NCBI RefSeq assembly: GCF_009914755.1
Contig: NC_060938.1
Strand: one strand, 5' to 3'
DNA length: 64,000 bases
Source: the human T2T-CHM13v2.0 reference genome, Homo sapiens
Of the stretch, positions 11,206 to 24,025 are shown one piece after another. How positions within the stretch are numbered: the first letter of the stretch is position 1; each line of letters opens with the position of its first letter. Position numbers and translations under genes: made by a program. Under the pieces are notes generated by a model. That model made no database searches, was not told the origin of the DNA, and saw only the letters and a list, made by a program, of their open reading frames with translations.

Positions 11206-13079
11206 AAGAGAATTCTTAGGATCCTAAATTTTCATAAATGCCTTCAGGGGAATTTGACAATCAATCTCCATTAGGATCACATTCTAGTAGTTTTGGCCAA
11301 GGAGAGTAAAGGAAAAGCTTGTCTTTCTTGCCTAGAAGTTTAAAGGTCAAATCCTCTCTCTAGCCATATTGCAATTCTGGGGACAGTTCCTATTGATTGG
11401 GCACTTCCATCTAATATGCTGTTCAACTGAGATTCTTTCTGGCCAAGAGCTGTGCAGGGGTAGGTGGCCTCAGAGAAGGAGCTGCTGGAAGGGAGAAAAA
11501 GGTGGCTTTGTCCAAAAGAGATGAAGCTCATAGGCATGCTGTGCTTCATACCCTCTACTAGCCTTGCTCATTTAGGTTATTTGCTGAAAACTATGCCTGT
11601 CTCAGGGAGAATAGTGGGTGCTGGAGATCCGTTGGTGAGTGGATGCTTTCTCTTCCCTCATATAGCTTAATTGTTAGTGCTAGAGACAGATACTAAAATA
11701 AATGTACTGGTGCAAAGTTAACAACTTGACTTCATAAGAGCCATAAGGGGAAATTTTAAATTGTGTGAAAATATATGACTAGAAGAGCTGCTCTATTCTG
11801 GGATGGCCATGGAGCATCACGAAAGGCTTTGCTGAGCACATTTGTGCTGGACTTAGAATGATGGCTAGGAGTTACTAGGCTAAGAAAGAGGGATGTGCCA
11901 AAGATCTTTAAGGAACTTAACATGAATGTGGCTGAGGAAAAGTGAGGGATGAGCTTAGAGAGTGTGGAAAGGGTCAGATAATGGAGGACACAGTCAGTCG
12001 TGATAAGGATTTTGCTTTTTTATCTTAAAAGCAATGGAGCTCATGTACTTTCCTCTTGATCTGCCCAAGTACTTCAGTCTTCTTTTCCCCTTTTATGCTT
12101 TTCATCTGTCCAAGCTCTTCAGCTGAGCTTTCCTCACTGATGACAGCACTATCTGGAGTGAAGGAGGTGCAGATCCTGAGATGGACTGCACACCCCTTGG
12201 GGCTGGATGGACAGACTACTCTTCGAGTGAGATAAGGGATGCAAGTGTAAAGGGCGAGTATGTTGCCTCACTCAATCACATGTTCACCACCCTCTCTGCC
12301 AACCTTTCTGCCTCCTGCTACACCCTGCCTAAGCCATGCTGACCAACCTTGTCACTCTGGCCTCACTGGAGCAAGAAAGTCTTAGAATGCTGGAGGGTTC
12401 CACAAGAATAAAAAGAGCCCACCACATCTGCATGCATAAACACTACACAGCTAGCTCTTGCTTATTTCTGAGTCCAGCAAATATTATTTGAGTGTTTTTA
12501 CACATCACTGATCCAATAAGGAAAACTTGTATAAAGACTAATGTTTTTATGCTTCCTTTATAGAACATGAACACATTTGAGGTTTTGTTACTTATTCTGG
12601 AGCATTAATGCAAGATCCAAGAATATCAGCTTTAAGATTTGTTTTTCTATTCTCAGAATAGGTTTGAAACAGAGAGCAAAATACCTACCTGTATGCCTTC
12701 TTTAGTGACAGTTGTTTCTAAAATATCTGTCTTTCTTCTGAGAGAACTATTTGAGTAGTGAGAATTAAGTAGGAATGGACATAAAGAGATTATCATGAAG
12801 ATGGTTTTATGATCATCACTGTCATTGCCATTGTCAAAGAGGCATTTATTAAATGCCAGATTTGATTTTAGCATTGTTTTAAGTTCTGTTACCTGAAGAG
12901 AATTCAAAATCACAGTCTTTGTCCTATGGGAATTTCAATCTATCAGGCAGCCTTGATTTAGAAACATTTGAAGAGGACATAAAGGTAACAAGAATGAAAA
13001 GAGATTGGATCAATATATAAAAACTGAAAGCATTTATATTACTTAGAAGTTAAAAGTCAAAACAAATCTAGAATACTGT

Positions 13080-13400
13080 TGGGATAGTCAGAATAGGTTA
13101 GGCTGTGTTGTGGTAACAAGCCAACCCCATACCTCAGGAGCTAGCAGAATGGAGTTTATTTCTCACTTCATACTTCATGCTCATCACAGGTTGGCAAGAG
13201 TATGCTTTGTGTCATCATTGTTAAGGGACCTAGACTGAGGGAGCCTTTACTATCCAGAATGTTGCTCGTCACCCTGGAAGCAGGAAGGAAATCAGGTGAA
13301 TTCTGACTGGCTTTGAAAGGTTTCTATCCAGAAGTGACACTTTACTTTCACATTCGCTCCATTAGCCCAGGCAAGCCACACGGTAATGCATCACTCGAAG
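13080..13400 (-). mobile_element. Old MaLR LTR (MLT1K/L-like)
   Basis: AGTCAGAATAGGTTAGGCTGTG, GTTTATTTCTCACT, CCAGAAGTGACAC, CCATTAGCCCAGGCAAGCCACA. Confidence 0.6.
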
Positions 13401-13484
13401 AGAATTAGTAAAACAGTAAAGAAACACTTCTGATCAAATTTAGTAATTATTCTAGCCACAGTAATCAGTCAATCTAATTAGATG

Positions 13485-13725
13485 ATAATACTATTAGTAC
13501 TTATCAGCAACAAAACATGTGCTAGGTATCAAATGCTTTGTTAAGCAATTCACACACATTACTACATTTAATCTTTACTGACTTATGAGGTGGGTTCTAT
13601 CATTATCTCTATTTTCCACATGATGAAATTAAAACTGGGAGTCTTTAAGCAACATGCCTCAGGCCACACAGCTGGTATTTTGTAGAGCTACAATTAAAAC
13701 CCACTTACTCCTAATTTAAGAGTCT
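13485..13725 (-). mobile_element. MIR SINE
   Basis: CATTTAATCTT...TATGAGGTGGGT...ATTTTCCACATGATGAAATT...AGGCCACACAGCTGG. Confidence 0.7.
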
Positions 13726-14824
13726 GAGTGTTTTTTCAAGATTCCTATCATGTCACAGAAGTCCACTGACTTGTTTTGATCGAGCTGAGAAGAACAGACT
13801 AGAGTCACTTCTGACCTGGCCACTTAGAATTATTAAGAAGTGTCTCTGCTTTGCTAGAAATCTGTCTTTGGCTTTGTTGGTATTTAGAACCAGATGGATG
13901 ATGATGATGATTATTATTATTATTGTAAACCGTCTTCCACTTGTTTTCTATTTCCTTTCTTTAAGGGTGTTAGTGAATAATTCTTTCTTTCACCCGGGTT
14001 CCTGGAGCTCCTTAAGAATTAACTTCCCAGGCTCTTTCATGTTTTTCTGGCACCATCTTGGATGATGAGGGCTTAGAACATTTTGTGACTATGCCCACTG
14101 TCTGGAAAGGCTTGTAGGTGAAGGATTCTTTAAGAAAACTCAGATACTTTTCTCAAATTCACTTATGATGATGTTTTCCCAAATCATTTTTTATCAATTC
14201 TATTTTTGGTTTCTCTCACTTATGAATTGTTTCTGTCTCCTTCATTTTGGAACATTTTTCTAGTTCATTGTTTTTTTGTTTTTTCACTCTCCCTCCAGTG
14301 TCTAGCAAAAGCCTAACACACATTACTTGGATATTCATATCTTAAAAATGAAAGAATAAATTAGTAAAGTGGTGGATTCAGAATTCTAGTTGTTTTTCAG
14401 CTCCTCTGCCTTGATTACCTCTCACCAAGATTTTAACGAAGAGTGCTATGTTAACAACTGAGCCACTTACTTTCTCCATTATTATATAATTTTAATAAGT
14501 TTGGTAGCATGTTTTCTCACCTGTAAAATGAGAATAATGATAGCACCCATCTTTCAGGGTTAGAATGAGGATTTGATAATTTCATGCTGCAAAGTACTTA
14601 CGATACTGCCTGACACACAGAAAGTACTACCATAACAGCAACAACCTCTTTATCCTTTGCCTTGGGAATCAAATATTTTCTACAGATTTCACTTTTCAGG
14701 TTTTCTTTGTACACTGAATTGTACCTAAAATTTCTTGTGCCTCCTATAAGAGTTCATCCCGAGGAGATTGGTTGCATTATTACCATATATTTAGATATTT
14801 ATTTCCTTTAATCTGGTCATTTAT

Positions 14825-15912
14825 TATCAGGCAAAATTCACCCCCAATATTTCACATAGGTTCTTTTCTATTTTCCCGAAGTGTTGGCAGGTCTGAGAAA
14901 TAAAGGGAAAGAGTACAAAAGAGAGAAATTTTAAAGCTGGGTGTCCGGGGGAGACATCACATATCGGCAGGTTCCGTGATGCCCCCAAGCCACAAAACCA
15001 GCAAGTTTTTATTAGTGATTTCCAAAAGGGGAGGGAGTGTACGAATAGGGTGTGGGTCACAGAGATCACATGCTTCACAAGGTAATAAGATATCACAAGG
15101 TAAATGGAGGCAGGGCGAGATCACAGGACCACAGGACTGGGGCAAAATTAAAATTGCTAATGAAGTTTCAGGCATGCATTGTCATTGATAACATCTTATC
15201 AGGAGACAGGGTTTGAGAGCAGACAACCAGTCTGACTAAAATTTATTAGGTGGGAATTTCCTCATCCTAATAAGCCTGGGAGCACCACAGGAGATTGGGG
15301 CTTATTTCATCCCACAGCTGTGACCATAAAAGACAGCCGCCCCCAAAGTGACCATTTCAGAGGCCTACCCTCAGGGATGCATTCTCTTTCTCAGGGATGT
15401 TGCTTGCTGAGAAAAACAATTCAGAGATACTTCTCCCACTTGCTTTTGAAAGAAGAGAAATGTGGCTCTGTTTTGCCTGGCTCACTGGCAGTCAGAGTTT
15501 AAGGTTATCTCTCTTGTTCCCTGAACATTGCTGTTATCCTGTTCTTTTTTCAAGGTGCCCAGATTTCATATTGTTCAAACACACATGCTCTACAAACAAT
15601 TTGTGCAGTTAGTGCAATCATCACAGGGTCCTGAGGCGACATACATCCTCCTCAGCTTATGAAGATGATGGGAATAAGAGATTAAAGTAAAGACAAGCAT
15701 AGGAAATCACAAGGGTATTGATTGGGGAAGTGATAAGCGTCCATGAAATCTTCACAATTTATGTTCAGAGATTGCAGTAAAGACAAGTGTAAGAAATTAT
15801 AAAAGTATTAATTTGGGGAACTAATAAATGTCCATGAAATCTTCACAATCCACATTCTTCTGCCATGGCTTCAGCTGGTCCCTCCATTCGGGGTCCCTGC
15901 CTTCCTGCAACA
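14825..15912 (-). mobile_element. MER11 (HERV-K11/HML-8) solo LTR, full length
   Basis: Reverse complement starts TGTTGCAGGAAGGCAGGGACCCCGAATGGAGGGACCAGCTGAAGCCATGGCAGAAG (MER11 5' end); 1088 bp; perfect 6-bp TSD ATTTAT at 14819-14824 and 15913-15918; internal repeat TCCATGAAATCTTCACAAT twice. Confidence 0.93.
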
Positions 15913-16563
15913 ATTTATCATCTGTTTGGGTTATTGTCCCAGGGAATCATATTTTGGTAAGACACGTATTCTTTTTAGCTTAAATACTTGTTATTATAAT
16001 ACAATAGGCTTAATGACTTTGGCTCCATGTATAGCAATGTTTTCATTTGTTGATTTGTTCTTTTATTCAACACATATTTATTGAGAAAAAGAAAAATAAT
16101 TACAGAGACTCTTAGAGCTAGAAAGAATCTTAAAATCTTTTAGGCGAAATTCACCCTCACTTGTACAGACGTAATACTAAGCATGCAAAAAGATCAGTGG
16201 CAGAATTTGCTTCTTCAGTGTCAAAGTAGATTCAATGAGAGCAGCAAAGGAAGGAACATTTCACTTCTTTTCATCTTTTCCTTGGGTAATTCCATTTCCC
16301 TCAATAAAGAAGGGAGGTTCTTCCATGAAATTAGGAGTTTCTGCTCCTGTAGGTTTGCTTTAGTATTAGTTGAAACATTTTGAATCAAATATGAAGAACA
16401 GTAATTCATATATAGGCTGAAGGACCTAGATTTTAAGTTGTTATGGCTGGCCCCAAGTCTGCATTGACATAAGGAATGTCTAGAGTACATTCTCAGGTCT
16501 GCAGCCTTGCATTCTGATGTCAAGAAGCTTGAATGGTGTCACAGAAAGGGTGTCTGAAGACAT

Positions 16564-17057
16564 GGTGCATCTGTTTCCTGTGGCTTCCAAGCAAATTACC
16601 ACCAACCTGGTGGCTTACAAAAATACAAACTCTCTTGCAGTTCTGGAGCCTGGAGGTCTAAAATCAAGGCACTGGCAAAGTTTTAGTCCCTCCAGAGGCT
16701 CTCACGGTGACTCCATTCCTTGTCTCTTCCAGTTTCAGGTGGTGCTCAGCACTCTTTGGCTTGTTGCTGCTTCACTCCAAACTCTGCTTCCATCCTCACA
16801 TGGTGTTTGCTGTGGGTCTCTGCTTCTCTCTCCGTCTAACTTATAAGGATACATGTGATTGCATTTAGAACATGCGTGGCTAACCCAGGATAAGCACCTT
16901 CTCTCCAGATGCTTAATTTAATCATGCCTTTTGTCATATAAGGTAATAGTCACTCTTTTGCCATATGAGATAACATTTATCCATTCTGGAGATTCACAGG
17001 TTCTGGGGATTAAGACAGGGACTCATCTTTTCCAGGGGCTGCCATTCAACTCACTAG
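16564..17057 (-). mobile_element. MLT1 (B/C-like) MaLR LTR
   Basis: CAAATTACCACCAACCTGGTGGCTTA, CAGTTCTGGAG, CTTATAAGGATAC, TTCACAGGTTCTGGGGATTAAGAC. Confidence 0.8.
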
Positions 17058-17059
17058 AC

Positions 17060-17265
17060 CTGAATTTAAGTTCTTGTTCTTTGACTGCCTTTCCATGATT
17101 GGGCAAGTTACTGCATCTCTCCAAAACTAGGGTTTCTGCTCTGTAAAATGAGAATAATAACGCCTAATTTACAGGGTTATAATAAGAAATAAAAGTGGTA
17201 AATATATGTATTTATATATATGTAAAGTTACCTAACCCAGTTCTTAGCATAATTAGTTGCTGTAG
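17060..17265 (+). mobile_element. MIR SINE
   Basis: TTGGGCAAGTTACT...CTGTAAAATGAGAATAATAA...CAGGGTT. Confidence 0.7.
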
Positions 17266-18519
17266 TTCCAGGCATTCAATAGATAGAACAGATTTTAAAC
17301 TACTTTAAAGACTAGTGTGAGGCTGGCCTATACTTAGTTAAGAATTTGTTAAAGTTTGATGATTTGGTTGAAAAAATATTCTGGAGTGTGATGGTTAATC
17401 CCTCTGGAGAACCCTGACTAATATACTGAGTAACTACAAAATGATTTTATATTTAGTTCACCATTATACATAGAATAGCCACAAAATGGTTTTATATTCA
17501 GATAACCATTATTTGTTGGCCATGCCTCATTTAATAATATTTCCTCTGTCTGCTTTCCACTGCTTCATAACCACTAGCACATTTTGAAACATATTACTAT
17601 GTGATGTCAAATTCTTTAAATAATAATGAGTTTTAGTTTGAGTAACAAACCAGTGATGTCTGTGATGTCACAGGCCTGAAAAAAAAACTGTTGCAATGAT
17701 CTTCATTGGCTAAATTAAAATATAAAGAGTAGTATAGAATTTATCATCCACATTTTACAGAATTATTGTTTGAGTCATTTAGGGTTTCTATTCCAGTCTC
17801 TTAATTGAACTGTACTTTCTATATCTGCAAGTCAAAACACTCATCAAAAAATATGACTTCAAATATGATAGCCAACTTTTGTGTTACTACATAGTGTTAA
17901 TTTTACAGTTTTTTATATGAAATAACTCTCTGAGTTAGGAGACAAGTAAAGAAATGTTGCCAACACTCATAGATATGAATAACAACGTAATTTAAGGCAT
18001 GTTGCAAAACATAAACTTTTAATATATCCCTCTATAAATTCTTACTTTTAGTATTCTTAATTCTCAGATATTACTCCTTTTCATATGATTGCATTTATAT
18101 TCTTGTTTAATTCTCTCTTTTTTCTACTTATATGATTTCCTCCCCACTGACTTCTGCTCCTCCTTCCTGCTTATAGAAAGAATGTTGACCTCAAATGTCT
18201 ATTATTTTTTCATTCAATGAACTACAGTAAAGTTGATGTGTAGGTGACAATTAGTGTAGGCAAAAGGTAGAGTAATGTTGCTTTCCAGGTATCTTCCAAC
18301 TCTAATATTCTGTGGACTTATATACTTGAGAGTATTCATTCTGCGTGTAAGATCTCACACTTCTATAGCTGATACATTATAATCTGCCTATGTCTCTTTT
18401 TATCTGATCTATAGAAAAAATATTATTTTCATATCTTCATATGTTTTTGGGTTACCTTAGGCTATTAAAAGAAAAATAATGAAGATGTTAAGATATTTCA
18501 GGACAGTATGAGTATGTTG

Positions 18520-18521
<2 letters not shown>

Positions 18522-18560
<39 letters not shown>

Positions 18561-18563
18561 TGT
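18522..18563. repeat. (TG)n microsatellite, ~20 units, one interruption
   Basis: Seen directly. Confidence 0.97.
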
Positions 18564-21040
18564 ATAAAAGATTTTACTTTTTACTCAGCCAACGCTTTAG
18601 AGATCTTCTGAGTTTCCAAGTAAATTTATTTGCTTAAGATGTGTCTGTTTGCTTTCATACAGCCATTCCACATCTTCCAAGAAATGACTTCAAGAACATC
18701 TGCTTCAGTACTCATAAACATCCTATCTGCTCATCATTTTCATTCTTTTACAACACTCCCACTTTCAAATCACATCCAAAATGGCAAAAAGAACCCAAAG
18801 CTAACATGATTTTAGATGTCAATTGTGTCCTCTCTGTGAATGTTTTCCATATTTGAAATGGCTGTGGAATTATCTTGCCTCTACCCACAGTAATTGAGAA
18901 TGACAGGAATTGGAAAAGGGTCATTTCCTCTGTCTCCTGGGATTCTGAAAGCTGTGTTTTCTTTTATACCTGATCAGGTCTGCCAGTTGCAAAGCTATAC
19001 AATGTAGTGGAGAACTGCATACGGTTAATTATGACAATTACAATCAGTTCTTTACAATCTCTGCTGCTGTTATGGGATTTAAATACCATAATGTATGTCA
19101 AAAGGACAAAATAATGTTCCTATGTTTTCTGCTTACAGCTGCTTTTATGATTGGGTTTTGCTCATAAACAGGTGGTTATAAAGTTGCAATCCTTCCATGA
19201 ATTCCTTTATCTTTCCTGTCTCCTAACCTGGCTTCCCTGGTGTGTCATTGAACACAAGTGTTGAGATTCCTAGCATCTCTGAGGTGATCTCAGATCCTAG
19301 ACAGTGTCCCTTGAATATGCTGCAATAAAAATGAAACCACTTATGGTCAGCAGAAGTAGGTAGATGAATTTAGTTAATTCTCAAAGTCTCCCTTGCTACT
19401 TCAGACCTCTGTGGTTTGCCTTCCCACTGCGTCCTGCACCTTCTCTCTATTTTCTACCTTTGCTTAATCCCTACTTTTTCAATTTTATCTCAGTGAAACA
19501 CTGTGCCTAGTTTCTTCTCACCATTTTGGTCTCCAGCTCATAGCATGTTGTGAAGACTATTGCATGCGGACTTGAATTTATGTGCTGTTGATACTTGGGT
19601 ACTTGTCTCTGATGTTACAAGTTAATCCATACAGTGCACATGTGGTCCCTCACTGTTGCTCAAGGCAGCTGGAAAATAGGTAAGGTAATCTTTTTCTTTC
19701 AGCACACCTTCCGTCTCTGCAGCTCTTACCTCTACCTGAAAGGTAGGTATAAAGAGAATTATGGCCAATGAAACTCCATATGAGAGCCCTCCCCTCCTCC
19801 CCAGAGTATATCTTGCTTAAACAACACATTTACGGTTAATGACCATCTGGTAAAGGTGACAGCCTTTAGTCCTCCTAATTCTTAACTGTCTGAAAAAATG
19901 TGCCCAACCTGCCACGGCTTGTGACTGAATTATAAACCATGAAGCATAATAAAGTCATTAAGTTTCAACATGTCAAAATGGACTCAAATTGCATCTTGCC
20001 CAGAATTTGATGGCCTTTCCCCAGCACTTAAGAGAGCAGGGCTGTGTACTGTTCAAAAAGCACTTTGTCATTTCTCGAAGTACTCTTAGCTTTGTGTGGC
20101 TGTCTGGACACAAGCATCAGCATCTCCAGGAGAAGGAGGAAATCGAGTGAAGTGAGAGCATGGAGGGGCCAGTATGCCACTTCCTAGGGAAAGGCAAAGG
20201 CATTTCTTCTCAGGAAAAGAGCAGAGAATGATGCTGTACCTCATTTGGTTATTGCTCACCCTCCTGAATATATGATTCATTTTACAGTGGGAAAATTTTG
20301 GATAAAAGCTTGTGCTTTACAATTCCGATTACCCTTCCCCTTTTATCCCCCACTATCAAAAATAATCATATTCTATAAACGTCAGTGGAAAGTGGTGAGA
20401 GTGCAACTACGTTTTGGAGAACCAGGTGTCAGCTCTGTCAGATTTCTATGAATAGGCACATCTATATACACTTTTTCAAAGAAAGAAAGGTCACTCGCCA
20501 CCCTACTTGTAAAACTGTCAGAGGATTTAGGAAAGAACTAAGTTAGGCTGTCTTTTCACATGGGAAAGGAAATCTGGTTCTCAAGATATTTGGGGCATTG
20601 CAGTGAATAAGGGATATTAATAGAATTCCACCCCCGGCCTCTGGCTAAGAACTTATCTGCCTAGAATCTGAGGAGGAAAGGAATCTAAGAGTTACCCAAG
20701 GCTCAGTCTCACTGCAATAGGAGGGGATAACACTGAACATGGTGGGGCAGATGTGGGCTTTGGTATCTGTTGCTAGTTTATCCTCCCTTCACCCACCAGC
20801 GCAGTACTGCCATTTCTTCTTTCCCCTGGAATTCTCTATGTTTAGTGAGCGAGTTTAAGAATGGAGGATGCTCAGGGATCTTCTTCTCTTATATAGAGAC
20901 TGGGATAATTTGAGTGTTCCATGTTCTGACACAGGTGGCATGGATGAAGGGGTGTCACTGAAGAAGCTTTGGCAAAAGCTGATTTACCTTTCCAAAGGCT
21001 CTGTGTCAGGTGCTGGATAACCGTTAAAAGAAAGGAAAGC

Positions 21041-21057
21041 AAGCCCTCTGGCGGCTG
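21041..21057 (-). promoter_or_regulatory. CTCF-like motif
   Basis: Reverse complement CAGCCGCCAGAGGGCTT resembles the CTCF core CCACCAGAGGGCGC and is preceded by CTGCATGC, similar to the upstream module. Confidence 0.3.
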
Positions 21058-22751
21058 GCATGCAGAAATGCACCTGCTAAGCCAATGAGCCATTACAGGC
21101 CGTGCCTTCAGATTAGAGAAGGACATGTCAAATTAGTTGGAGAGTTTTAGAATACTTTATTTATTCCAGCTTGTACATGAAGTTATCGATGCATCTGCTA
21201 CTCCAAGCATGTTCAGATGAAATAATAGAAGAAAGTCTTTAAGGTATTAAGGTTCATCTTCTGAAATTGTTCAACACTTCTTAAACTGCAGCAGGCCCAG
21301 TTGGGCACTGATAGCAACTTAAGTTGTCATTACTTTGTGGGATTCAGATCTCGAGAATATTTATTTAGTGAGAGGGAGCCAGCAATTTGTTTCTGTAGGC
21401 AAAAGGAGATTACAGAAGAGAGACCCCCTTTGTTGCTGAATTGAGTAGCTGGGAGGAGTTGCTGGAAGTGATGAATTTACCCCAAGCCATGAAGGATGGG
21501 TAAGATTAGAACAGATAAAGGAAATGAAAGTGAACGTTTGAAATATAGGGGCCACGGGAGCAGGAGTGGGTTTGTTTTTGAAGTCAGTAGCAAGCAAGAG
21601 TTGAGAGTCAGTGGTAAGTAATTATGCACAGAGAAAACTTGGCAAATAGATAAGAAAAAATCACATTAATATTTAAAGTGGTTTAATATCAATTGAATCA
21701 CAAGGACATCTTAGGTATTCATTATGAAGCTAGAGACAGTATAGCCTCTGGACTTAAGGAGTGGGTCTGTATTCAAATCGTAGTTCTGACACTTCTGAGA
21801 GTCCTCAGGCAAGTTAGTTAGCTTCTCTTTGACCATTTTTCCCAATCTGTTCACTTGGGATGAGAAGATAATGTATCTTTAGACTCAGATACACAAACAT
21901 TATCTAAATCCAGGATGTAGAAGTTGAGTGCAAGGAAAGTCTCAGTTGTCCCCAGGCTGCATATCATTCAACTGGTGAGTTTCCAGCTGCTGGTGTGCAC
22001 AAACAGAAGCTGAAGGACCAATGGCAGGAGAATTACAAGGCAAGTTTATGAATCAGATGGATATTTGGACCAGATGACACCCAGGGGCCCTCCAACCTAG
22101 AGGTCTGGTAGTTCTAAAAATTCCATGATGTCCCACAAGAGCTAACTGAGATGTGGGGATAATAATGACATAAGTTTACATCTTACGCTAAAAATGTTGT
22201 TTAAATTTAGTTCAAAATGTTCTGTTCTATGTGAAAAAAATACTATCATTTTATTTAATGCAACCTATCACTGAAATGACTATCTCAAGCTGTTTCTCTC
22301 TATCTCGTGGAGGGAAGGAGTGGAATTGGGGGTAGGGTGCAGGGTGGAAAGAAAGGAGAGGTAATACTGTTACCCAGAGCCAACATGTTGCTCTTCAAAG
22401 GGGCTTCAGAAAATAGAACAAAGATTCCAGCCTGAATGAGAAAGGAGGTGGAGAGTTTGAGGAACACAAAGCTTTAAGTGGAATTTACCCCATCTAATTA
22501 TTTGCGAAGGAAAGGGTGGAAAGAAATGTTGACAGCAAAGATTTCATGGAGAACAGGAACAATAAGACCCTGTGCCAGAGCACTGTATTCTTTGATGTAC
22601 CACATATGGAGAAGGGATATAGAACTTGAGTTCAGCAAGGTTTAAAAGGCAAAATGTAATCACTTCCCTTTAATTAACTCAAACAATGCACGGCAGGTTA
22701 TGTTAATGTGCCTGTAGCTGAGATAGAGGCAGTAGGCTGCCACTAATACCT

Positions 22752-22811
22752 GAGAGAGAGACAGAGAGAGAGAGAGGAAGAGGGAGAGAAAGAGAAAGAG
22801 AAAGAGAGAGG
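22752..22811. repeat. GA-rich polypurine low-complexity tract
   Basis: 60 nt almost entirely G/A, including (GA)n and (GAGAAA)n. Confidence 0.9.
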
Positions 22812-23819
22812 CTCCTGTAATGCCAGAGCAGGAAGGGCCTAGAAACCTTATAGACTAATTTTACAGATGCGAGAACAAGCCTAGCAAAATTACAGAACTC
22901 ACCCAAGGTTATATGGTCTCTCAGTGACAAAGTGACCATAATACCTCAGGCCTTTACCAAGTTAGTATTCTCTCTAAGACACTGCATGACGGAGTCCATA
23001 GTGATTTCAAGTTAGCCCAGGGGTTAAAACTAACCATAGTACATTTGAATACGGATTAACATTTGGTGTGTCCTTTGAACAAAAGGTTAAATAGAAAGGT
23101 AAAATGTAGAAAGGTATCTACACGTATTCACTTCAGTCAAGCTTTACTTTTAAAGTTGCTTTAGAATATTCTTATTAAAACCAGTGGTGATTTTCATGCA
23201 GCTGTTTTAATTAAAATGTTGTATGTTTTTTATAAACAAAGTGATGAAAATTTCTGGTTATAGCCTTGTAGAAGACTGAGCAGGGAAACCATCAGAATTG
23301 CAAGTGGAGCAAAAATGTTATAATTTAGATCATGTGACCGAAATACCACCACCGCTGGGTAGAATCTGCTTAAACTGCAGCTTTGGATTTTTCAGGGGTA
23401 AACAAACCTCTTATGAAAAAGAAAGCCATGCATTAAAATTATAAAGGCACATGAAATATTACAGGAAAGAATGAGAGGAAGTAAAGAAAACTAACATTCT
23501 TCTGTTTTACTGCTTTCAGGGAAGAGTTTTATGAACAGTTTCCAAAAGTGTTCTTAAGCGGTTGTAGGTTTTATTTTGCTTTACAATTTGACAGTATTTT
23601 AAGATTCTGTATTTATTCTCTTTTTGAGCTGAATTATGCAGGACTAAACAGATATCTTTTCTAAAACCTTTTATTTCCCTGACAGTTAGGAGAAATATGA
23701 AGTAGGAAATTCTTTGGTAATTGTTGGAGGTTGGTATAGTGCAGTAGATAATGTCCCTTTACTGAATTTATTATCAAAATACACAAGTCAGAGGGAAGGA
23801 GATCAAAATATAGCTTCTA

Positions 23820-24025
23820 TTTGGTGATATACTGGTAAATGTTTAATTTTCTTCCTTTTAGAAGAGAGGAGACTGATTTATAGTGTTGACATATTTTTAC
23901 GGTATAAATACTCCCTCCCTGGTGAAATTCAAGATGCCAATGGGATGTCACTGAACTTGAAATTGGGCAGAGGTTCATATATTTGGCTCTTGCAAGCCAG
24001 TGCAAACAGTCTTGGGACAGCACTG
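23820..24025. mobile_element. MER63A-like hAT-Blackjack MITE
   Basis: CTGGTAAATGTTTAA, TAAATACTCCC, TTCAAGATGCCAATG, GTCACTGAAC, ending CAGCACTG. Confidence 0.65.
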
